From Camelus dromedarius (lineage: Eukaryota): a DNA stretch of 64,000 bases. Every line of letters begins with the position of its first letter. The first letter of the stretch is position 1. The notes beneath the pieces are model-generated. The model was not told where the DNA came from, did no database searches, and saw only the letters and a list, made by a program, of their open reading frames with translations. Positions 53,066-64,000 of this stretch are shown piece by piece. The position numbers were made by a program, and so were the translations under genes. The DNA is taken from assembly GCF_036321535.1 (NCBI RefSeq), contig NC_087436.1, positions 56,546,001 through 56,610,000 on the forward strand, given 5' to 3'.

Positions 53066-54984
53066 AAGTAACTCCATGCAGGCACAAACTGGTTAGAAAA
53101 GTCTCCAAATGAACAATCACTAGGGTCCATGTCAATCTCTTCAGGGTTGGGGCCTCTGATGTCCTCACACCTGTTTCACATTTGCCCTCTCAAATGAGTG
53201 AAGCCAACTAGAACCATCAGCCTGAAAATATAATGGATTGGATTTGCTTGAAAACAGCATAATTCTTTAATCTAGTCTGTATTAACCTGAAAAATGTTAT
53301 CATGTTGATATCAGCAATATTTGGGAAAAGGTTATTACCAAGTGTGTAAATGTTTGATTAACAGACTAAATGTGTAAGCCAACATTTCAAATGAAAGGCA
53401 CAAGTTACTTTCTCATTATATAGCAAATCACAACCACTTTGTCATGTTGATTTATACCAGTTTCCTTATCTTATGTGTTTTTACTGATAACTAAAGGAAC
53501 AAGTGTACATTCCATTCTTTGTGTAAAATATATTATCTTCCTGTTAACTTCAGCATACCCCAAAGACAAAATGTCAAAAAGCAACAACGATGTCCAACAA
53601 ACATCCTAAACTCTTTAATAATTACTATGACCTTACTTTTATCAACGAACATGCAATGACCTTCCCTTCCTTTCACGTCTAAGAAAGAGTAGATTGAATT
53701 TCACTCTTGTCAACAGAGGGGGGAAAAATGATGTATTATTTGTTTTAATCTATTGGCTTGAGAAAAGGGTGGGTGATCTTTTACCAGTTCAAATGCAGAG
53801 CCAATGGCAATGCATGATTAAATTGGGAAAAAAAGTGTATTTGTACTTTAGCACCTCAAAGCTCTCACTTTCTGAGCTCTGTGCTTGTAAACATAAGAAA
53901 ATACAGTACTCTATATAATAAAACTACAGACACCATATAAAGTTTGTGTGGTATCTTTCCGAAAAGAAGCAGATACTAGGTCTAAGTAAGTTTAAATACA
54001 ACTGAAGATTTTACTTATATAAAAGTATAGCCATAGCTTGAGAGTTAATTATATAACCTAGATTTTTATCTAGGACATTTTTCCTAACCAAGTTTATTTA
54101 CTGAAAAAGGGAAAGCAAGAAAAATAATTGGATTTTCGTAGACTTTTGTTACTATTCACATCACCCCATTCTAGTAAAATTTGTATAAACCACAGTTAGA
54201 TCTTAATTAGGTAGGGAATATGCTTTTCCAGTTAAAATACATAAACAAGACAGAATAAGGAAGAAGACTAAAAGCAAAATGGTCAAATAAGGTAAAAAAA
54301 AAAAAAAGACTAACTTTTTTCATTATAACAGTATCAGATTAAGTAGGTAAACAAATATCTGAATTAAACCGACAGTGACTTGACAGCCAGATTTAGTGTA
54401 ATAAAATTCCCACAGTCTCAAAGCAAAATAAAATCCATTCCCCATAGAGTTCAAAGTTACTAATGGAACTTTGTTAGAATACAATTGTATTTAACCCCAA
54501 ATCAGGAGAGATCTTGATTTGGATTCACAATATAGAACATTTTAATAGTTTGAAAAACAAATTGTATGTGATTATGATGTCAAGACGAAGTTAATGATTT
54601 ACTTTTTTATTATCCCTGTGTTTTAAAGTTATTGCAAGTTTGAGCTTTCAAATCAGACACAAAAAAGCATTAATAAATGGCACAATCAACATAAATCACA
54701 TCACTCCACAAAGAGCATCAAACTGAAATGCTTAAATACACTAGGCAGTCTTGCCTAAAATGCCAACATGAGGCCAAGTCACTCAGAAACAGTTTTGGTA
54801 CATAATACACAATTGTTAAGTAACTAGGAATTAATGAATTGATAAACATGTTTCATTTCATCCTGGCTTCCTCTGGGCTTCAATCTCCTCATGTGTAAAA
54901 AGTCACAGTGTTTCAAAAATGCCTAATGTTCAGTGATAAATGTTAGCTTCAGAATGATTAATGAGTAAATTAGGTAATTTTAAC

Positions 54985-56273
54985 AGACAGTCTGTTTAGC
55001 AAATGTTACTGGCAAAACTGGACATCCACATTTGAAAAAAACTGGATGAAGCCAGACCCTTACCTTACATAAAAATTAACTCTAAATGAATTAAAGACTT
55101 AAAGACTTAATAAACTAAAATTCCTAGAAAACATAAAAGGAGAGCTTCATGACACTGGATTTGGCAATGAGTTCTTGGACACAACATCGAAAGCACAGGT
55201 AACAAAGCAAACAGACAAACAGAACCCCACCAAACCCACAAAGCTTCTGCACAGTAAAGGATACAATCAAGAGAGTAGAAAGGCAAATTACGGGAAGAGG
55301 AGGAAAATATTAGCAAATTATATGTGGTAAGGGTTTAATATCCAGAATATATAAAGAACTCTTACACACCAACAGTAACACTGTAAAAGAAACTCAATTA
55401 AAAGATGGGCAAAGGACTTCAATAACACTTCTCTAAAGATGATATACAAATGGCCAACAAGCATCGGAAAAAATGTTCAAAGTCAGTAATCAATAGGGAA
55501 ATGAAAAATCAAACCACAATGAGACACTGCCTCACACTCAGGAGAATGACTACAACTACGATTAAAAAACAAAAAGAAAATAACAAGTGTTAGGATGCAG
55601 AGAAACCGGAACCCTGGTATACGGTGGGAATATAAAGTGGTGCAGCCACTACAGAAAACATGATGGCAGTTCCTCAAAAAATTAAAAACAGAAATACCAT
55701 ATGATCCAGCAATCCCACTTCTAAGTATATACCCAAAAGAACTGAAAGCAGAATCTCGAAGAAATATTTGTATACCCATGTTTATTAGCAGAATTATTCA
55801 CAGTAGCCAAGAGGTATAAAAGCATCCCAAATCCCAACAGATGGATGAAAGGATAAACAAAATGTTGGTCACATTTTATATATGTAAATGAATATTTTAC
55901 ATATATATATAATATATGCAAATATTATTCAGCCTTAAAAAAGGAAATATTGTCATATGCTACAACATGGATAAACCAGAGGACATTATGAAAAGTGATA
56001 CAAGCTAGTCATTAAAAAATAAAACTACTGTAAAATTTCACTTATATGAGGTATCTAAAGTAGTCAGGCTCATAGAAACAAAGTAGAACAGTGGCTGCCA
56101 GAGGCTGAGGGGAGATAAAAATGGGGTGTCGTTTCATGAGCAGAGTTTGTTTTACAAGATGACAAAGTTGTGACCATCTGTTGCCCAATATAAATAAACT
56201 TAACACTACTGAACTGTATACTTAAAAATTGTTAACATGGTAAATTTTACATTTTCTATCACAATTTTTTAAA
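54985..56273 (+). mobile_element. L1MB-like LINE1 3' fragment
   Basis: ORF2 end (ggcaaaggacttcaataacacttctctaaagatgatatacaaatggccaacaagca; ccatatgatccagcaatcccacttct) and L1MB-type 3' UTR (gaggtatctaaagtagtcaggctcatagaaac...cttaacactactgaactgtatacttaaaaattgttaacatggtaaatttta). Confidence 0.9.
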
Positions 56274-58329
56274 GGCAATAAAACACAGGTAATTAGTAAC
56301 ATACATGAAACTACAAAGTCAGAATTCATAGTATGATCAGATTTAGAAAGGCAGGAGGAGGAGAAAGACCAGACAGGAGATCCAACCTACACAAAGGAGA
56401 AAAGCAAAAAACCCAGGTCAACAGGCAAATGAGAGAAGAGTGGCCCAGATCAAACTAGAATAGTGGATTGAGGGTCCTTTGGTAAGGCGGTCAGTGCTCA
56501 AGAAGTCTCTGAAGTGACAGGACAAATAGAGCTCTGGCCAGACAGATCAGAGAGGTGGAAAAAAGCCATCAGGAATAGCTGTTACAAGACTGCTCAGTGA
56601 TGACCCACGAAGTCTGACTTAAGGTGAATAGAATTCAGATAGAGATTTCTTAATACAGCCTAGGCACATGTGAGGTGGGCCTGGGGGACCTCACAGGCAA
56701 CCTAATCAGTTGGGTTTCCAATAAATGAAGATATACCCTACAAAATCTTCCACAGCCAGTATGGACTTACATTAGCTTTAAATTGGTTCAAATTAAATTT
56801 CTTCACTCCAAACTTCTTAGGAGCAGTGATCATTTCTTATATCCTTCATCCAGAATTCAGTTTTATGCTCACAGAAAGCATTTATAAGTAACTGGACAAT
56901 CAATGATCATCCTCGATTGCCAAACGTTTACCTGAGGCTATGCTAAATAGATGGATGTGTTAATAAGATTAAAACAAAAAGCAGTAGATTCATCAATTCA
57001 TACTATTTATAAAAGACAAAGAAACTTCTATACTTCGCACCTGAAAAGTAAGGTTAATAATTTCATATACTTCTCCTTTAATCAAAAAACAGTATTACAA
57101 AATTTACATTGCAAACAAATACTTATAACCATTACTCAATATGTGATGTTGATAGGGACTTTTCACACTATATTGCTCCTGGGTTTAAAAAATACTGAAA
57201 AAAATTTTATGCTTATAAAAGGGTATTTAAACTACAGCTTCTACTACAGTTTAGACTTGAATGCTTTGTCTACAAACATGTATTTATCTTAGTTTTACTT
57301 AAATTATCATTTTTGAATTCCTAAACCATATTCTAGAACTTTGCCTTCAAAGCTACTAGAGGTTAAAAGATTTTTTTTTAGATGCCCTTGTGAGGTCACA
57401 GAGGCTGCCAAGAGGCCAGTAAGAGAAAGCAGACCTCACTGCCTGGATGTCAATTATCCAGCCCTTGGGCACTCGCTCGCAGAGCAGCACAGCTTAAAAT
57501 CATTATAAAGATAGCATTAAGACAATTAAACAAATTACTTGGAATCAAGAGTACTTAAAATCCATTCCTAACCCAAATGAAAGGTACCAGAGGACAACCT
57601 CAGAAATTGAGGGAAATTACAGAAAAGTGTTACAACATGAGTAAGCATTCATTTCTTTTCCCCTTGCAATTTAACATTTTTTAAGCATTCTAGATTCAAG
57701 CTTCGGGTATTTCAGCAATGCATATTAATTAAGAAGGCATTAAAGTATTTCAGTAATGCACAACACTCAAAATAGCTTGTATACACAGGTAATAAACTAA
57801 ATTGTTTAAAAATTTTTGACTATTCAGTATCCTCACTAAGGCAATCAAATATTTTTTAACGTGTTTATCTTGTCTTATTTTTTTTAGAATAGAGAAGTAT
57901 TAAAGATTCTGTTCTCCAGCATGAAATAAGTGAATGATATAACATTATTAAATTCTAAAGTCCAGAAAATCCTGAAGAAGGTTCTGAGGTAAAACTACTG
58001 ATTTTTTTTCCAGAACAAAAATCCATGGAATTTTCATAGATTTCCTTCCCTCTTAGTAAAGATTTTAAAAAATAACACGACTTACTTCATAAATCAAGAA
58101 ACATGACATGGGCAAAATATTATCAATCCTGAAGGTGTAAAATATTTATATATAAAATTATGAAATAAATATAAAGCCTTAAAATAGCAGAAGGGATTAC
58201 AAACAGTTCCAATTCCAAATATGCCCATATTTTTACTATACCAAGACTAATAACTCACTTTATAAAGGATGCATACATTAGCTTACATAATCTTCACAAT
58301 AACTACACGGTACTTTACATGGAGAAGAG

Positions 58330-58532
58330 AGAGCAGAGAAGAGCAGGATCTTTCAGTCAGATAGTCCCTAGGTATGAATTCCAGTTCTGTATTTACTGGC
58401 TGTGTCATCTTGGGCAAGCTGCTTACTTTCTCTAAGTCTTGGTTTCCTCATCTGTAAAATGGAGATAATGCCTAGCTCACACCTACTGTAATAATTAAGA
58501 TAATGTACATGCAGCATTTAACATAGTATCTC
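58330..58532 (+). mobile_element. MIR SINE
   Basis: atttactggctgtgtcatcttgggcaagctgcttactttctctaagtcttggtttcctcatctgtaaaatggagataat. Confidence 0.9.
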
Positions 58533-61339
58533 TCACCAAAAAAAAAAAAAAAAAGGATTTACATGTGAGAATCTGATATTCAAAAAGAGTGTACCTGAGA
58601 AAGCAGGTTACTTAGTTCCTCAACTAAAGCTATTTCTACTGTTCCATAAGTGCTCTTCAAGAACATATCACAAGACAGCTTCCAGTGCTGATATGGGAAA
58701 TCTCAGATCCTGAATCCTGTTAACCTTCTTTGTATCATCTCAGTTTTAAAGAAAAAGTTTCCAGAGTCAGGTCAGAATCCATTGCAAGACTTTCAATAAT
58801 GTCGGAGCAATTATAAATTCACTGTGCTAACAGAGGATTACTTGTGCCAGAAGAATATCAAATCCACAGATGATACAAAAGCCTCCTTGTAACAAAAACG
58901 TTTATATTTACTCTCAGCTACTCAAGAAAAGTTGAATTAAATGGTGAAACATTAAATCATTTCTCTTCCTTCCCAATTCTCCACTCTCTAAGGCACAATG
59001 AAACAAGCAAAAGGACTGAGAAGAAATAAAAACTAACGATGCTGTTAATCCAGAACGTGCACTGATAACTTAAAGTTGACAGTTTCTATTACAGCAGTAA
59101 TTCCATAATCATCACAACGCAAATAACATAACCAAGTAAAGATGTTCTCCACCACAAGCGGTAAATGTGTAGTTTTGGGTTTTGTTTGTTTTGGGTTTTT
59201 TTTTGTGGGGGTAGGAGGCGGTTGAAACATTTACAAAAATGTTGGCTGGAAACAAGGAGGGCAAGTCAACACACTGAGAGCTACATCAGCAAGACACTCC
59301 ACAGACACAGTGATTAAGAAGTAGTGTGTGACTGTGATGGCCCTTGAGAGCCAAAAATCTATTCTTCAAGACTGCCTTCCAACTTCAGTGGAAGAAAATC
59401 ACAAAAACAAGCCCAAATACGGCACTAAGTTCACACTGAAGGAACTCAAGTAACATGAATTTTCATCCAAAGGTTTAAAGGCAAAATTTAGTTAAGACTG
59501 GTCAGAACTCATAAAAATAGAATTTTAAAAGACTTGAAAACAGTAAGATAAATTTCTTTTCTTTAAATCTGAAGTCCTTTGCAATTTCTTACATAGGTAA
59601 TGTAACTTTTTAAACATGTAGACTGCGTATGTTTTCAACTCTATTATCCATAAGGCTTGCTAAATATCAGCATGAAAGCACTACTAATAATGTATTCCTT
59701 CTTCTCGGTATTTATTATTCCTTACACAAAAACTGACCACATTTCAAAGAGGAAAGAAGTGCTGCTGTTCTCTATAACCCTTCATCTTCACATCTTTAGA
59801 AAAAAAATTCTAAAAGGCCAAGCATATATAAAGCATGAACCATTTTATACAAACTAGATTTTTTGAAGAAATGCTTACACGATCTCAAGGAAGATAAATG
59901 TTATTAATTAGGAAACACATATATACTTAGAAACACAGCCCCATTCTATTTTATAATGAGTAAGAGAGAGATATTTCCAAATCAAGCAGGTCTTTTGAAC
60001 CCATATAATATAGACAGAATGTACCTCTAATTTCAGTCAAATCTAAAAGAAGGGAAAAAAAGAAAAACTCCCTGGTTAAAGTATAGCCCAGATGCAAAGC
60101 TATTCAGGAGGAGGATGCATGCTATCTGAATAGTTTAAATTTAGACGAAGTACATTAGATTAAAGACCTGGCCATACAACTGATCACTTAGGAAGGACCT
60201 CAAGGGAAAAAGGAAAGGGTATTTTAGCATGTGATCTGGAAGAAATTTTAGCATCACAGGAAAAAATCTGGCTTTCTTCTTGTGCTTAGAAATATAAAGG
60301 AAAAAGATTTGAAGAAAAAAAAGTATAAAATTGTTTTCATACAATATATGAATAATGATTCTAGACTTTAAAAGAAAAGCTATGGAGGTTTTCTCTTTTA
60401 CATGGTAGAAAGAATAAGAAATGTAATTTACAAATTATCTAGCAAGTAGAAATACAAATTAGTATTCCTCCTTCATATGTGTGTGTACATGTGTGTGAAA
60501 GACAATAATAAATTATTTTAAACAAATTATAGCTTTCTTACTTTTTTTTTTTTGAAGAGATTTTACAGAAAGCTAAAATACATTTTCTTTTTGGCCTGAT
60601 CCTCAGAGTGCTCTAACATTTAAGTTTTAAATAATGACTCCATGGAGACTCATACTACTACGTAAATAAGCAGTGTGAACAAGAAATTAGGAGTGACGAA
60701 GAAATTAAAGGGCAGCATTCAATCCATTATACGGAGTCTACCAAATTGGGAATCCCTGAGATGAAATAGCTGTCTAAAGAAATTAAAGTGACTAAGCAAG
60801 CATAAACTATCCATCTTCTTACACAATACTTCTGATTAAAAGTAAGTCAAATGCACTTGCGTAAATTCAAACATTTATTTTCATGTTCCAAGAATATTTT
60901 CACCCTGCTTCTTTTCATGGCGTTAAGCATTGGCTTTTGTCTTCTCTCTGCCTAGAGTGGCCTTTCTGTTAATATTCTGCTTATCCTTCAGCACTGGAAA
61001 CAAAGCACACTTCTTGGCCCCTTCCAAGGAAACGTGATCACATTAGTTTCCCCATAGCTAAAGCCAACAACAGTGAGCAGCTCTTTTTCACTGAATAAAG
61101 AAGTAAACTGTGATCTTAGTATGCAGCTGAAACTAACTTCAAAAATATGATAATTATATGTAAAACATTAGCATGTATTGAGCAATATCCATCACTTTTT
61201 GAAGGTTTTGAAAAAATTCTGTTTTTCCAAGGGCTCTCAAACAAGTATTTTCAATTTGCTCTAGGGAAAAAAAAATCATGCATCCCAATGGAACTGTAAA
61301 AATTTTTCTTTAGGTTAAAAAAAGAGAAAAAAACAAAAC

Positions 61340-62520
61340 ATAGATAGCAAAAGCTAGAGAGGCAGGCAGAGAGACTATATTAAGTTCATTACAGATGAAA
61401 ATTGAGATGGCACTGATCGAAGGCCCTACAATGGAGTATTAAGGAGAAGAGGAAGACTCAAAATTAAGATATTAGAGACAGCAGGAATTACAGAATTGTT
61501 TCTAGACTTGGTTTCAGTATTTGAATAGCTAGATGCTACTTATGGGTAATAACACAAAAGGACTATACTTTATGGATTGACCATGAGTTAAAATTGGACA
61601 TCCTGAGTTTGGGACTCTATGAAACACACAAAAAGATCAAAGTCTTTCAATATGGACCGAGACAAGGTAAGAGACCTGCTATGTATTTGGAGGCATGCTT
61701 GAGAATGGTGTGTCTATCCAGGGAACAGTAAAAATCATGCTACAGTGAGAATGTGGTCTCAGTACCTTTAAGAGAACACCGACATTTAAGGAGCGAGTAA
61801 AAGAGCCTAAAAAAGGCGAAGTCATATAAATAAGATAAGGAGAAGATAATACAAGTGAAAAATGTGATTCAGTTAACAAACACCGCATGTGTAACATGCA
61901 GCGTGACAGGATACAAGGGATATACCAGTACCCGAAACAAGTGTCTGTGGGATTTGGCAAATCAACAGCCATCAGTGACTTGATGAAAGCAATTCCAGCT
62001 ATCGACAATGAAATGGACAATCGATGTCAGGAATACAGACAACTTTCAGAGTTACAGAAGCAGTTAGAGGCTGACACTGGGTCAGGGAAGGGTTCTGGAA
62101 AGGGAAAAAAGTTCGTAAAAAAAAAAAAAAAGGAGTCAGCAGGGAAGAAAAAGGTAGAGTGAGAGGAGACAGAATATGATTAAACAAGACTATTGTTATG
62201 TTAAGAATAAGGGGGAAAGTTCCTTAATACTTAGGAATGAATGTGTGGCAGTATGGATGGACATCTCCCACGACCTGTATTTTCTCCATTAGGGAAAAGA
62301 AATGGTCAACCTCTGAAAAGCTACAGAGATATGTTATGGAAGATGACATAATCCCTCTAAGGAATGGGACAGGGAGCAGACTGGGACAAATAGAAGCTTT
62401 ATAAATGAATAAATGAAAAAGATGAGGCTTCCATGATAGAGATGTTTGACTTTATCTTGAAGGCGATGGGAAATGCTAAAGATTTCAAGTAGAAAGCAAT
62501 TGGAACAGATCTGTGTTTTG
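61340..62520 (-). mobile_element. L2 remnants
   Basis: gaggcaggcagagagactatattaag; aattggacatcctgagtttggg; gtgtctgtgggatttggcaaatcaacagccatcagtgacttgatgaaagcaattccag; gtttgactttatcttgaaggcgatgggaaatgc. Confidence 0.7.
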
Positions 62521-63592
62521 AATTATGTACTACATTCTTATGAGTTTTAATAAGTAAAAATAATTAAATCCACATTTATATTTCTGAATTAATCTAGACT
62601 ACATCCATAAACTTGAAAATTCTTATTATTCTATAAATTATTGTATTGAAGTACATAGTTGTAAATTATAAAACAAACCTCCATACACTATGAAGCTATT
62701 AAAAATATTGTGTGCAACAAATACATACTTAAATAGAAAAAAATAAGTCAAAGATTTACAATTTTAGATATGATTTAAATAAATTTGATTAAGGGGCAAT
62801 CAAGCTAAGTTTCACTTTTTGTTGACTTTTAACCTCTAGTACTAGTATTTTCAAAATATAATAAAAGCACTTTGATCTAGTACTCCTTTGTCAAATGCAA
62901 TGACCTAATATAACTAAGTCAAGTTCCTAATCTACAGTCAAGAAATTTTAAGAAATGCTCTACTTCTATACAATTTAAGTCTTTTAATAAGTCTCTAACT
63001 CTTATTAAATGACCCATTTGTAAAAAAAATACAAAATTACATAGATCAGAAACAGCATTTAACATCTCCTTCCTATGGAATTCAGCTCACCCTCATATCC
63101 AAAATGACTTCCTGATCCTCCCTCTACCCCTACTCCTCTCACCAAAATCTTCTGAACAGTACCTTGATGTTGATTTTTTAATAACCTAAGTTTTTTTTTA
63201 AATCCTGAGTTTTATCCTAACATCCTCCCACCTGCCATGAAGCAGATGCAAAACGCGAGAGGTTGGATCAGTGTTGGGGTTGTACCCCAGAGAGAGGGTG
63301 TTCTGGAGACTAGACTCCAGTCATTACAGTGACCGGCACTCGAGCCACAGACCACGGTTTCTTCACAGTCCTGCTACCACAACACACATTCCTTTCACTT
63401 TTCCCACTCCAACTGTTGATACTTGAGAATATAACATGATCTACCAACTTTTTTACTTTTCTTCTTTTTTTATATACGCCACTAAAAGATCAACTAAAAC
63501 CTACTATAATTAGAAGAACAATTTAAGTACACAATTCGTCATCTACATTTGAATCTATCTTCCATTACCTTTAACCTCATTACCATATACTA

Positions 63593-64000
63593 CAGTAGTC
63601 CCCCCTTATCCATGCAGGATATGTTCCAAGACCCCCAGTGGATGCCTGAAACTGTCAACAGTACTGAACTCCATATATACCACCTCTTTTCCTAGACATA
63701 TGTGCCTATGATAAAGTTTACCTTATAAATTAGGCACAGATAGAGAATACCCAAACTGCCAACATCATTACTCTTGCGCTTTGGGGCCACTGTTAACTAA
63801 AATAAGAGTTACTTGAATGCAAGCACAGCAATACCTCCACAGTCGACCCGATAAAGTGGCTCCTACGTGATTAACTGGTGGGTAGGGTACACAGAATAGA
63901 TATGCTGGACAAAGGGATGATTCACCTCCCAGGTAGGAAGATGTGAGATTTCATCACACTACTCAGAACAGTGTGCAGTTTTAAACTAATGAATTGTTTA
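63593..64000. mobile_element. MER44B-like (Tigger7-derived) element, runs off the window end
   Basis: TA|CAGTAGTCCCCCCTTATCC...GTTCCAAGACCCCCAGTGGATGCCTGAAAC; ACTCTTGCGCTTTGGGGCCA; GCTGGACAAAGGGATGATTCAC; GAGATTTCATCACACTACTCAGAAC. Confidence 0.92.

Noticed and set aside
61679..62187. Lys-rich and overlapping ORFs
   Set aside because: They derive from L2 sequence and an A-run.
1..64000. A novel multi-gene system (operon, defence island, CRISPR array)
   Set aside because: The sequence is mammalian repeat-rich DNA. There are no long ORFs, gene clusters or repeat-spacer arrays.
1..64000. Lineage-specific tRNA-derived SINEs or tRNA/snoRNA genes
   Set aside because: None recognised (no Alu, Bov-tA/BovB, PRE1, Can-SINE or camelid SINE seen). 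The taxon assignment therefore rests only on L1 3' ends and is tentative.

Overview
AT-rich, CpG-poor mammalian genomic DNA with no recognisable intact protein-coding gene, RNA gene, CpG island or CRISPR-type structure. A large part of the window is decayed interspersed repeats: a near full-length Tigger1, MER2B/MER44/MER5-type DNA elements, several MLT1 (MaLR) solo LTRs, and many L1, L2 and MIR fragments. All repeat names come from my memory of consensus sequences, not from a database search. The youngest L1 (29482-31141) has a 3' UTR resembling camelid L1, so the source is probably alpaca, llama or camel (inference). The window looks like intronic sequence of a large gene transcribed on the minus strand. 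Four minus-strand segments carry good splice-site pairs (35503-35300, 34768-34635, 32314-32188, 24236-24088). The first three are closed in all frames, and the last ends in a Kozak-context ATG-GAG|GTAAGT, which would fit a multi-exon 5' UTR; I cannot name the gene. The clearest structural oddities are a 26-bp hairpin-bounded micro-inversion in an L1MA element, a twin-primed (5'-inverted) L1 with target-site duplications, a young L1 nested in an MLT1 LTR, and 84-bp and 30-bp tandem duplications. I found no convincing evidence of a previously undescribed biological system.
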